Position numbers and translations under genes: made by a program. Under the pieces are notes generated by a model. It was not told the origin of the DNA. It searched no databases and saw nothing but the letters and a program-made list of their open reading frames with translations. DNA of 64,000 nt from Methanotrichaceae archaeon (GTDB lineage: Archaea > Halobacteriota > Methanosarcinia > Methanotrichales > Methanotrichaceae), in the NCBI GenBank assembly GCA_963803145.1, contig CAWDLW010000015.1:224001-288000 (forward strand), given 5' to 3'. Shown piece after piece: positions 41,518-50,978 of the stretch (within the stretch, counting starts at the first letter, position 1; each line of letters starts with the position of its first letter).

Positions 41518-42501
41518 ATGTTTTCCGACTTAACTAAAATATTTGATAGAAATTTTATTATTGGCTATCTTTTACCTTCAATTCTATTTATCCTGTTATC
41601 TTTAGCTTTAATCTTGCTTTTCTTCCCAAATTATTTTTTATATGCTTGTATTTTTCTGGGGGAACCGCAAAATAATACCTTGAATCAGTTACCCCAAGGT
41701 ACAATTTCTTTGTTGGAGTCTCTACCTAATTTTTGGAGCTTATCATGTGCGATATTTTTGACTTTGTTATTGAGCATTTTATTAATGGTTTTAAATAGGG
41801 TACTTATACGTACGCTAGAAGGTTATAATACTCTCATGAGTATTTTATTGAGGAATAGACAGCTAAAATTATTTGATCGTCTAAAAGAAGAAATAAAACT
41901 AGTTGAACAGAGGGGAGCAGATGAAAAAAGTAAAGGCCCTGTATCAAAAGAGACAGAAAAGCGGTATATGAATTTGCAAATTGAATTACGGACTAAATTC
42001 CCTGTAGAAAGAGATGAAGTGTTACCTACCTCGTTTGGTAATAGAATTAGAGCATTTGAGGTTTATTCTAGAGTAGTATATGGTTTAGATGCAATTCCCG
42101 TTTGGACACGCATTATAGCCGTAGTCCCAAGTGAAGCCCGAGATGGCGTAAATAATTCGAAAGCACAAGTAGATTTTGCAGTTAATTCAATGTATCTCAC
42201 GTTGGTCCTTTTTATTGAGTATGTTTCTTTCGTGGCAATAACAAAAACATATCCTATGTGGTTCATCCTAATTCCAATTTTAATTATGGTAAGGATATAT
42301 TATTATTTTGCAGTATCTTCTGCGATCGAGTGGGGTGAGTACGTAAAAGCAATTTTTGATCTATATCGTAATCATCTATTATCACAAATGGGGATAGAAA
42401 TACCGAAGGATTATATTAAAGAAAAAGAATTATGGAGAAAGATAAATAAGACAATGATTTATGAGGATGCATTGGACGTAGAAAGGGACTTTAAAAAATG
42501 A
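41518..42501 (+). CDS. AT-rich 4-TM hypothetical membrane protein
   Basis: Two TM pairs; LPT.FGN.IRAFE.Y....YGLDAI.VW.R and FDLYR..L motifs. Confidence 0.7.
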   Translation: MFSDLTKIFDRNFIIGYLLPSILFILLSLALILLFFPNYFLYACIFLGEPQNNTLNQLPQGTISLLESLPNFWSLSCAIFLTLLLSILLMVLNRVLIRTLEGYNTLMSILLRNRQLKLFDRLKEEIKLVEQRGADEKSKGPVSKETEKRYMNLQIELRTKFPVERDEVLPTSFGNRIRAFEVYSRVVYGLDAIPVWTRIIAVVPSEARDGVNNSKAQVDFAVNSMYLTLVLFIEYVSFVAITKTYPMWFILIPILIMVRIYYYFAVSSAIEWGEYVKAIFDLYRNHLLSQMGIEIPKDYIKEKELWRKINKTMIYEDALDVERDFKK

Positions 42502-42624
42502 GGAATGAACAGAGGTCTGATACCATTTGAGAGAATGTATATCAAGTGTTCAATAATCATATCGAGTTATTAATCTTTTAGAAAGTTATATATGTCTTTA
42601 TAATACTCAACAGTAAGGGATAAA

Positions 42625-42861
42625 ATGACAAAAAGGAAAGAGCACCATATAGTACCGATTTCTGAAGGAATTTGGGGTGTTAAGAAGAGCGACGGTGAGA
42701 AATCCATAAAAAATTTCGATAAAAAAGCGGATGCTGAAAGCTTCGGAAGGAAAGTTAGTCAAAATCAAGGCTCCGAGCTTGTTATCCATGGTAAAGATGG
42801 GAGAATACAAAGATCCGATAGCCATGGACCAGACCCACATCCTCCTAAGGATAAAAAATAA
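42625..42861 (+). CDS. DUF2188 family protein (copy 2)
   Basis: HHIVP...W.VK..G.......F.KK..A...GR......SELVIHGKDGRIQ.SDSHG.DP.PPKD signature. Confidence 0.85.
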   Translation: MTKRKEHHIVPISEGIWGVKKSDGEKSIKNFDKKADAESFGRKVSQNQGSELVIHGKDGRIQRSDSHGPDPHPPKDKK

Positions 42862-43234
42862 TAGATCATATACGTTTCCTTCAATTAATTTCACTTTTAT
42901 AGTAATCAAGATCATTAAAGACAGGTAGTCTGCTTTCATTAAGTTTATCAATCCTTTTGTAAATTTGATGGGCTAGCCAAGAAGAGTTGATTCGACACGG
43001 TTGACCCTCTATAAGTGCTGTTATCTAGGCATAAGATGTCTTCAGATTTTGTTTTCAAGTCAATCAACTTATTTTCGATAGACTACCTAAAAACCTCAAG
43101 AGCCGAAAATCCTCTTCCTTAACAACTATAATCTTTATTAGCATTTTATTAGCAAAGGAATACTTTCGCTCCGCCTAGGGGAAGCTTATCTACTGATCCT
43201 TTCCTTTTAACTTAAACTGATTCAGGTGATTTTG

Positions 43235-43705
43235 ATGGCTAAGAATTCAGATGCGGTGAGACAGGCCTCAGAGCTGGCGCGGGCTCAGGATTCGATGAGG
43301 TTTGCGAACGAAGAGCTGATCAAGCTGTCCCAAAGATTCGGACGCATGATACCTAGGCTTCAGAAACTGGACAATACGTCGGGAGTTCTCTCCTGGTTCA
43401 CTCAGTATAACAAGCTCAAAGACTCCGTAAACAAGGCGGATGAAGCTTTACGGCCACTTCTTGGTAGTGATGAGATCCTGGCGAATCCCGTGATGGCCTC
43501 ATTGATCTCATATTATGGTGCGCAGAGATCCAGGTACTGCTTCAAGGTGGAGGTCATGGATGATATATTAAACGGCATGATAGAAGATTTGAGCGACAGC
43601 ACCGCATTTAACGACGCTCAAAAAGAGGAGATGAAAGCGGCTCTGGATGAGACCATTGGACGACGCATGAAGAACATCGATCAGCTTCCGGTTCTTGCCG
43701 CCTGA
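43235..43705 (+). CDS. Helical hypothetical protein
   Basis: GGTGA RBS before ATG 43235; 156-aa helical ORF; track start 43226. Confidence 0.65.
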   Translation: MAKNSDAVRQASELARAQDSMRFANEELIKLSQRFGRMIPRLQKLDNTSGVLSWFTQYNKLKDSVNKADEALRPLLGSDEILANPVMASLISYYGAQRSRYCFKVEVMDDILNGMIEDLSDSTAFNDAQKEEMKAALDETIGRRMKNIDQLPVLAA

Positions 43706-43811
43706 GCATGCATATGTCTTCATGATAATTTCCCTCTTAAAGCGTTAACCTTCAGACTTGTTAGGTCGGGAATACAAGTCAGTTGCCTGTACCATGTATC
43801 CTGTAAAGTCG

Positions 43812-43931
43812 AACTTGGATTGGGCAACAACGTAGTAGGCACGGACTGTGTCGAATTCAAGCCTGTGGAGAACCCAGAAGGTGTTCGTTGAAGCAGGAAG
43901 CCCCGCTCTTCTAGGGCGGGGAGGAAGTCAC
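43812..43931 (+). mobile_element. Orphan IS200/IS605 (tnpB-type) right end / omegaRNA scaffold remnant
   Basis: Encodes TnpB-like tail LGLGNNVVGTDCVEFKPVE, then GAAGCAGGAAGCCCCGCTCTTCTAGGGCGGGGAGGAAGTCAC (subterminal hairpin plus TCAC end); no tnpA/tnpB gene nearby. Confidence 0.8.
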
Positions 43932-45223
43932 TCAAGGAAATGGTGAGTCAGCTTGGTCACATCTCTGTAATTCACCACTCCTACCATCCTCTCATCATCA
44001 TCCACGACCGGCAGAGCCCTGAAGTCGTATCTTAAGAACATGGTTGATGCATCTCCAAGAGTGTTCTCCTTCTTTAGAGATATGACGTTCTTGACCATGA
44101 TATCCTTCAGTAGAGCTCTGTCATCTGCCTTCAGCAGTTCCTTGAGGTCGATCACTCCAAGCAGCTTATCGTCTTTATCGGTGACATAGAGATACATTAT
44201 CTCATCTTTGCCCTTTGCAAGCTTGGGATATCCATTCTGAACAGCCTCTACGGTCTCCTCTGGAGAAACCTTCAGGTATTTCTCCGTGGTGAGATTTTGA
44301 ATGTTCTCCTGCTGCTTCTCCAGAATCGACTTTATCTTATCTAGGTTATCCTGTTTCATCAACTTCATTATTGTATTCTGGTCCTCGAAGGTCAATACCG
44401 ATAGCACGTCCGCTGCCTGGCCTGGAGTCATCATATCTAATAGGCATGCCACTTTTTGTTTGTTCAAGGAGGATATTATCTCCCTCTGCATGTTCGGGTT
44501 TATCTCCTCCAGAGTATCTGAGGCATGATCGGCATCCAGCTGGTTGATGACCATCACTCTTTGCTCATGATCCAGGTCCTCCAGCATTTCCGCTAAATCT
44601 ACGGGCGGAAGGTCGTTCAGCTTATCTTTCAGTACCTTTAGCTTTACATTGCCTTTGAAGCTGTCAATATCAGATGGTAAAGCCTGAACATAGAGCCATG
44701 GGATAAGGGGATCCTCACTCTTTTCATGCTTCTTTTTGACCAGATGGGCAAATGGGCTTTCACTTCTCTCAAAATGGTCTAGGCCAATCCTTCTCAGCCT
44801 GGCATACATTGAAGGATCCACATCGGTCACGTAGAGCTTATTCTTAATGAGTACCATCTTGAGGTCGTAAACTACTTCCACTTCGTTGTCTTCCATATCG
44901 AGGATCTTCTTATCCAAAATGTAGTCCTTCAGGAGCACCATTCCTTCAGGGACTTTGCATGCGAACTTTTCGACATCATCGACGTCAATGACGATCTCTT
45001 TTCCATCGAATGATTGTACCTTTTCCCAAGGTATCATTAAGGAGGGATGACCAAAGGGACGGCTGATTACTAGATGTGTGACCTCAGCTGCCTTATCTTT
45101 ATCCAGTATGACCAGATCAGAGATACTGCCTATCTTCTTAGTCTTTACGAGGACCTTTTCTTTGAGCACATCGCTTAGAAAATAGGCCTTTTCAGCCAGA
45201 TGTTTTTCTTGAGGCTTCTCCAT
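43928..45223 (-). CDS. Soluble MgtE-like regulatory protein (PRC barrels, MgtE N-domain, CBS pair)
   Basis: LPPVDLAEMLEDL, ASDTLEE, AADVL, YLYVTD...LLGVI.L.ELL CBS; no TM domain. Confidence 0.85.
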   Translation of the reverse strand: MEKPQEKHLAEKAYFLSDVLKEKVLVKTKKIGSISDLVILDKDKAAEVTHLVISRPFGHPSLMIPWEKVQSFDGKEIVIDVDDVEKFACKVPEGMVLLKDYILDKKILDMEDNEVEVVYDLKMVLIKNKLYVTDVDPSMYARLRRIGLDHFERSESPFAHLVKKKHEKSEDPLIPWLYVQALPSDIDSFKGNVKLKVLKDKLNDLPPVDLAEMLEDLDHEQRVMVINQLDADHASDTLEEINPNMQREIISSLNKQKVACLLDMMTPGQAADVLSVLTFEDQNTIMKLMKQDNLDKIKSILEKQQENIQNLTTEKYLKVSPEETVEAVQNGYPKLAKGKDEIMYLYVTDKDDKLLGVIDLKELLKADDRALLKDIMVKNVISLKKENTLGDASTMFLRYDFRALPVVDDDERMVGVVNYRDVTKLTHHFLE

Positions 45224-45237
45224 GGCTTCTCCTTTAG

Positions 45238-45462
45238 CTACCTAAAACTAACTATAGTATAGAACTTATACATCAATATGACCACCAGAAATATCAAATA
45301 AAGTCTGAGAATCAAGAGGGATGCCTTGACGAGAGGTGTCATCTTCAGCCTCGGTTGGCTATATTTTTTGTTGATCGCCTTTATCGTGGCAGTCCATTCC
45401 TTAAATACGCGACTGAGCCTTCCCTCCTCGGGCGATATACGGCATTCATCATCTGCATTCAT
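45238..45462 (-). CDS. Small single-TM protein associated with the NRAMP-type transporter
   Basis: LLILRLYL motif; tightly packed between NRAMP and MgtE-N genes. Confidence 0.7.
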   Translation of the reverse strand: MNADDECRISPEEGRLSRVFKEWTATIKAINKKYSQPRLKMTPLVKASLLILRLYLIFLVVILMYKFYTIVSFR

Positions 45463-45464
45463 AT

Positions 45465-46733
45465 TTATAACACCTCGGGGAAGAGGACGCTTATTGCATA
45501 CAGCGTCGAGAGAACGACTATCATTGTAACTATTGCTATACCAATTATATTCTGAATTAACGTATTCTTGTATCGCCCCATAAGCTCTTCCTGGTTTAGC
45601 AGCAATATCAGGAACACGAGGGCGGCAGGCAGAAGGGTAACTGCAATCACCTGTACGAACAGAGTTATGAGGACCAATGGTGCCCCTGGGATCAGCACTA
45701 CTGTGCCGGCTACGATCAGGCTCACGAAATAAAACGCATAGAACATTGGCGCTTCTGTTATCTTATTATTAATCGAATGAGCCCAGCCGAAAACTTCCCC
45801 CATGGCCCATGAACTTGCCATAGATATACATATAGCACCCAAGAGTCCAGCATCGAAGAGACCTATAGCCAGGGCAGCTCCGACCAGCGGATAGCTCCCA
45901 ATGATGACCTGAGCTGCCTGGGCTGCGTTATCTATAGTCGTGCCATTAGGCGGCTTGTAGAGCAGCATTCCTGTGAGGATCATGACGAACGCAGCCACGA
46001 ATATGACAAATATGGATCCCATCAGCGTATCAAACCTGGCCCAGGGAATATCCTTCTCTGTGAGCCCCTTATCAACAACTGAGCTTTGGTGGAAGAACAG
46101 CATCCATGGCGCGATGGTAGTTCCTATATTAGCCATCAGGAAGAAGAATATATCCGGAGTTATGCCGTTTGGGAAAACAGGGACTTTTAGAACCTGGCTG
46201 AAGTCAGGATGAAGGAGCAGCGTAGCAGGAACGTAAATCAGATTCAGCCCACAGAAGAGGAGAACAATCTTCTCCCAGGTCCAGTACCTGCCATGCATCA
46301 CAATGGCGACCATCAGTACGGAGACGCATACTACTGTTACTGCCGGTGGCACACCAAATACACGCATTGCCGCAGTCATACCTACGAATTCCGAGATCAA
46401 TGTGAGGAAATCCAAAAAGCCCAGGTCCAGCAGTGAGAACCAGCCCCAGAATGGACCAAATGCATCGAATATGGCCTCAGCATGTCCTCGTTTGGTGACT
46501 GCGCCAAGTCTCACACACATCTCTTGAACGGCAAAGGCTGCGGGACCAAGTAGTATTATAAACCAGATCAAGCTGTAGCCGAATTTAGCTCCCGTTGCCG
46601 CATAGGTGGTGATTCCGCCGGCATCGTTATCTGCTATCATCACGATTATGCCAGGGCCTGCAAGAGCCAAGTATAAACTCAACCATTTTACAAACCTGCG
46701 ATATTTATAGAAAAGGCTGGCTCCAAATTGCAT
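45465..46733 (-). CDS. NRAMP-related divalent metal (probable Mg2+) transporter
   Basis: GPG.IV..ADNDAGGITTY, QEM..RLG.VT, GTTIAPW motifs of NRAMP-related Mg transporters. Confidence 0.88.
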   Translation of the reverse strand: MQFGASLFYKYRRFVKWLSLYLALAGPGIIVMIADNDAGGITTYAATGAKFGYSLIWFIILLGPAAFAVQEMCVRLGAVTKRGHAEAIFDAFGPFWGWFSLLDLGFLDFLTLISEFVGMTAAMRVFGVPPAVTVVCVSVLMVAIVMHGRYWTWEKIVLLFCGLNLIYVPATLLLHPDFSQVLKVPVFPNGITPDIFFFLMANIGTTIAPWMLFFHQSSVVDKGLTEKDIPWARFDTLMGSIFVIFVAAFVMILTGMLLYKPPNGTTIDNAAQAAQVIIGSYPLVGAALAIGLFDAGLLGAICISMASSWAMGEVFGWAHSINNKITEAPMFYAFYFVSLIVAGTVVLIPGAPLVLITLFVQVIAVTLLPAALVFLILLLNQEELMGRYKNTLIQNIIGIAIVTMIVVLSTLYAISVLFPEVL

Positions 46734-46994
46734 TATACCAGATCCCTATTGATAATACTTCATTTCGCTATAGCAGCATATCCTTAGAGTATCACTCACA
46801 CCGGGATACCGTTTTTTTGGACGTGGCTGCTGTACCCAGAGGTATTCGTCTTCGGCACCTTCTGAAGACCTTGCCCCTTCCGATCGGCTGGTTGAGCTTT
46901 GAAAATCAACATATGTATGCCTCATATGCCCCGCAATTGGTCTTAAATTGCCTCAATGGCTATACTCGGCGGGTTGCCTTCTGATGTTATATAA
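46734..46994 (-). promoter_or_regulatory. TATA box and long structured 5' leader of metal-transport operon
   Basis: TTATATAA at 46994-46987 after an A-rich BRE; about 230 nt to ATG with several hairpins. Confidence 0.5.
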
Positions 46995-47103
46995 GCCTTT
47001 TTTTCATGATCTATTAAACATATAGTATTCCAGAGAATATTTATATAGGTTTTTAGTGATATACCAATAACTAGAATAAATTATTGGAAGAAATGGGATA
47101 ACT

Positions 47104-47562
47104 ATGGGCAGTACACAGGATTTGGATGAAATAGATTCATCCATCCTCAAGCTTCTCCGCGAGAATTCAAGGAGGAATTTCCACGAGCTATCCAAGCTAA
47201 CAGGCATTTCAGATGCAACTATCCAGTTCAGGCTGAAGCGCATGAAAGCTCGCGGGATAATTGATAAGTTCACAGTAATTGTGAACCCTGCAGCAACAGG
47301 CTACGCAGTCACCGCCATAATGCTCATACAGACTGAGACCGATAAGCATGACGAGGCCAAGGTAGCACTCGCAAAGATTCCGGAGGTCACAGAGGTATAT
47401 GGCGTTTTAGGAGAGCAGGATCTTTCCATCAAGGTCTGGTCCAGAAGCCTTCAAGAGCTTAATGCTATAATAAACGACAAAATAAGATCCATAGATGGCA
47501 TCGAGGATATTCAAGAGATCGTTGTAGTCGAAAGGGTGAAGGAAGAGATGCCACCTATTTAA
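47104..47562 (+). CDS. Lrp/AsnC family transcriptional regulator
   Basis: LDEID..IL.LL.ENSR...ELS...GIS..T...R.KR HTH; AsnC effector domain. Confidence 0.93.
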   Translation: MGSTQDLDEIDSSILKLLRENSRRNFHELSKLTGISDATIQFRLKRMKARGIIDKFTVIVNPAATGYAVTAIMLIQTETDKHDEAKVALAKIPEVTEVYGVLGEQDLSIKVWSRSLQELNAIINDKIRSIDGIEDIQEIVVVERVKEEMPPI

Positions 47563-47622
47563 AGGATTGATAAACGATAATAACTCAGAATGCCAAAGTA
47601 ACAATGGTCGTGATACACTTCG

Positions 47623-48684
47623 ATGCAGACTGGAAGAGATTCAACCAAATCGGATGCATTATACTCGCATCAGCCCCATGCCTGCAGTTCTGAAGAGGCT
47701 CCAAAGATAACCGTTATCGATTATGATGAAACCCATTACCAGGAGGCGGAGGTTAAGGTAGCTGAGGAATGTTTCACCTTCAGAGCCTTGCCAACAATAA
47801 CCTGGATAAACATAGATTGCCTCCAAAGCATCGATCTTCTCGATAAACTGGGTGCATGCTATGGGTTCCATCCATTGGTGCTGGAAGATATTCTCTCAGA
47901 TCAGCGCCCGAAGTTGGAGGACTACGAGGACTATATCTTCATAGTGCTCAAAATGTTATACTATCATGAGCATAATGGAGAAGCGGCCACAGAAGCAAAT
48001 CAAATAAGCATCATCCTCGGTCCGAATTATGTGATATCATTTAAAGAGAAGGCTGGAGATGTATTTGATCCCATCAGAGATCGCCTGAGGACTGGAAAGG
48101 GCAGAATACGGAAGCTGGGTGCGGACTATCTGGCCTACTCAATGATAGATGCAATAGTCGATAATTACTTTTTTATCATGGAGCGGCTTGGAGACAGGTT
48201 CGAAAATGTGGAGGATGCTGTCGTGACCCGACCGGATCCTGATGTTCTGCTGGATATATACAACCTGAGACAGGATACCCTCTCCCTGCGCAGATCTGTA
48301 TGGCCGGTGAGGGAGGCTATAAGCAAGATGGAGAGGACGGATTCGCCCCTTGTAACGGATGTCACGAAGGTCTACCTGAGAGATGTCTATGACCATACCA
48401 TTCAGGTGATAGAGAACATAGAGAACTTGAGGGATACTTCAGCATCGCTGCTTGATATCTACCTCTCCAGCCTGAGCAATCGACTTAACGAAGTGATCAA
48501 GGTACTAACAGTGATATCAACAATATTCATGCCCTTAACATTTATATCGGGGCTATTCGGGATGAATGTCCAGAGGATGATAGACTGGCTCCAGGTACCC
48601 TGGGCATTCTATGCTATCATCGCCTCTATGATTGCTGTAGTCGTTACAATGCTCGCATATTTCAGAAAGAAAGGATGGCTTTAA
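47623..48684 (+). CDS. corA: Magnesium/cobalt transporter CorA
   Basis: HPLVLEDI..QRPK.E.Y, YLRDVYDH, FMPLTFI.G.FGMN. Confidence 0.95.
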   Translation: MQTGRDSTKSDALYSHQPHACSSEEAPKITVIDYDETHYQEAEVKVAEECFTFRALPTITWINIDCLQSIDLLDKLGACYGFHPLVLEDILSDQRPKLEDYEDYIFIVLKMLYYHEHNGEAATEANQISIILGPNYVISFKEKAGDVFDPIRDRLRTGKGRIRKLGADYLAYSMIDAIVDNYFFIMERLGDRFENVEDAVVTRPDPDVLLDIYNLRQDTLSLRRSVWPVREAISKMERTDSPLVTDVTKVYLRDVYDHTIQVIENIENLRDTSASLLDIYLSSLSNRLNEVIKVLTVISTIFMPLTFISGLFGMNVQRMIDWLQVPWAFYAIIASMIAVVVTMLAYFRKKGWL

Positions 48685-48695
48685 GAAGCTCTCAA

Positions 48696-49724
48696 TCAGA
48701 CCAATATCCTTTCATACCTCTGTTTAACCCTCTCCAATATATCCATATCATAAGGCTGGTGTGTAGGCAGTATCACATCTGCTGTCAGCCCTGAGCAGTC
48801 TGATGCAACTGTCGTGCCATCTGCTTGGACTGAAATCCTCAGGTCCCTGGCAATATCCTCAATGATTGGCGTCATCGGCCTGATTGGCCTGGCAGTCTTC
48901 GCTCTCTCCCTATAACTCTGGAGAAGGGCATCTATCTCTGCAGCTACTCCCTCAATATTGCCTGAACCGCATGCGGCTGATATCTTCTCTGCGCTCTCCT
49001 TGAGCTTAGATAGTGTGCCAACGCTTGCTTCAATAATCTTTCCAGAATAATGCTCTCTGACTTTATCCGCATAGCCTGGTGCTATTACTAGAAGCTCGAT
49101 ATCATTCAGCTTTTCCAGATCGTTCTCATCAGGCTTGTAGGCATTCACTACCAGGAAATCCAGGCCGAGGCGTAGGGCTAGGCTCTCATACATCGGTGTG
49201 ACACCTATCGGCCTTTTATCATTCATTATTACTCTTCTGACAGATTCCGGACGATCCGACATCAGGCCAAAATAATCCGCAAATGCCTTCGTAGTTGTAA
49301 TAACCTTTGTTCTTCCCTGCTTGGCACAGGATATCAGCCCCATCTTCTCAAGACCTTTGACATGAGCATAGCTTTTATTGCCTCTGATCTCTGCAAGTAT
49401 GCTCTGCTTTATTGGCTGTTTATAGGCTATTATCGCCAGAGTCCTTATAAGCGGTGCATCGATCTCTTTAGGGGCTACTGATATAACGCTATGAACAAGA
49501 GCTGTCCTGACCTGCATGGCGTATTCATCGCCGAATCTGATGATCTCCATGCCCCCGTTACGGATTGAGTATTCTTTTGCCAGCTCTTCGGCAAGGGTAT
49601 GAGCCATATCCTCAGGTATGCCCGAGAGGTCAGATAGCTCCCGGATTGAGAGCATTTTGCCGCTTGCAAAAAGCGCAGCCTCAATAACTGCCTTCGGGTC
49701 GATATCCTGAGCTGAAGAGTTCAT
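48696..49724 (-). CDS. scpB: Segregation and condensation protein B with C-terminal extension
   Basis: IEAALF, TLAIIAYKQPI....IRG, TTKAF.DYFGL. Confidence 0.92.
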   Translation of the reverse strand: MNSSAQDIDPKAVIEAALFASGKMLSIRELSDLSGIPEDMAHTLAEELAKEYSIRNGGMEIIRFGDEYAMQVRTALVHSVISVAPKEIDAPLIRTLAIIAYKQPIKQSILAEIRGNKSYAHVKGLEKMGLISCAKQGRTKVITTTKAFADYFGLMSDRPESVRRVIMNDKRPIGVTPMYESLALRLGLDFLVVNAYKPDENDLEKLNDIELLVIAPGYADKVREHYSGKIIEASVGTLSKLKESAEKISAACGSGNIEGVAAEIDALLQSYRERAKTARPIRPMTPIIEDIARDLRISVQADGTTVASDCSGLTADVILPTHQPYDMDILERVKQRYERILV

Positions 49725-49761
49725 AACATGGGATCTGCATTTTGAGTTTTAAGCTCTTTTG

Positions 49762-50930
49762 GGTAGTCTACCTTAGATAAGTTGTTATATTATCAACTGC
49801 AATCATATAATTGGAGGAATACAATGATGAATGAACAATTGGTTCCTCCAAGCACGTTTTGCTGGAACCAAGAGTGTATCGACTATTGCAAAGTAAAAAA
49901 TGAAAACATCATAAAATTTGGCCGAACCGCCAAAGGAACACGCTATCGATGTAAGACCTGTGGGAAGACATTCGTTGAAAACATAGGTACAGTATTCTAT
50001 GGTCGCCATCATAGCCAGGATACAATTCTAAAATGCTTAGCCTTGCTGGCCGAACGCAATAGTCTGGCATCCATCCATCGGGTTATGGGGATTAAAGAAG
50101 AAACAGTTATGGATTGGCTTCACGAAGCAGCTAGCCACGTTGAAGAGCTAGAGGCTCTAATGCTTGCAAACTATAAACTGACTCGTGTTCAACTGGATGC
50201 TATGTGGTCATACGTAGGAAATAAAGGCGAAAAGGGGGCTATCCAGAAGAGAACGATCGTGGTAGCTTCTGGCGCGGTACAACGATAGATATGGATACTC
50301 GCCTTAGAGTTGGGCGGTCAATCAGGAAGAGTGAAAGCGAAGTCTCTATGGAATTGATGGCCCAGTTGAAGGCTCGTGGTAATCCGGATAAACCTCCTGC
50401 TATCGCTACTGATGGCTATGATAGTTATCCGGAGGCCATGCTCGAGACTTGGGGGAAAGTACCTGAATACTCTGGTAGAGGAAGACCGCCTACTCGAAAG
50501 AAGTCTGAGCCTGATTGGAAATGCATTCAGATAATCAAAACACGATCTGGAGGGCATCTTGTTAGTATCCACTACAAAGTTGTCTTTGGTGATACGAAAG
50601 GGGTCTGTGATCTAATGGGCACCCATACTGCCTATATCGAGAGGACTCATCTAACATCCAGACAGATGAATGGGCGATTTGTTAGAAAGACCATTTCTTT
50701 CTCTAAAGAGATCGAGATGCATAGGGCTTCTTGTGCCTGGGAAGATTGGGTTTATAATTTGGCCAGGCCTAATAAGTCATTACGAATCGATTCAGCAGAA
50801 TCTCAACGATGCTGGACGAAAAGATCTCCAGCTATGGCTGCAGGTTTGACTGATCATATTTGGACTATAAAAGAAATCCTTATGAATGTCGTGGTTCCAG
50901 ACGGGAGCAACATGAAATAGGTAGACTACC
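49762..50930 (+). mobile_element. IS1-family insertion sequence (1169 bp)
   Basis: 12-bp TIR GGTAGTCTACCT/AGGTAGACTACC; 8-bp TSD CTCTTTTG (49754-49761, 50931-50938). Confidence 0.93.
49824..50920 (+). CDS. IS1-family transposase via predicted -1 frameshift
   Basis: ORF-A zinc finger/HTH and QLDAMWSYVG; slippery A_AAG_GGG near 50231; ORF-B TDG, IER motifs. Confidence 0.85.
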
Positions 50931-50978
50931 CTCTTTTGATTTGGGCGATTATTTTAATTTGTAGTCCTTCTTTGACTA

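Noticed and set aside
43720-43935. 71-aa minus-strand ORF
   Set aside because: Antisense to the IS605 right-end remnant; no recognisable product
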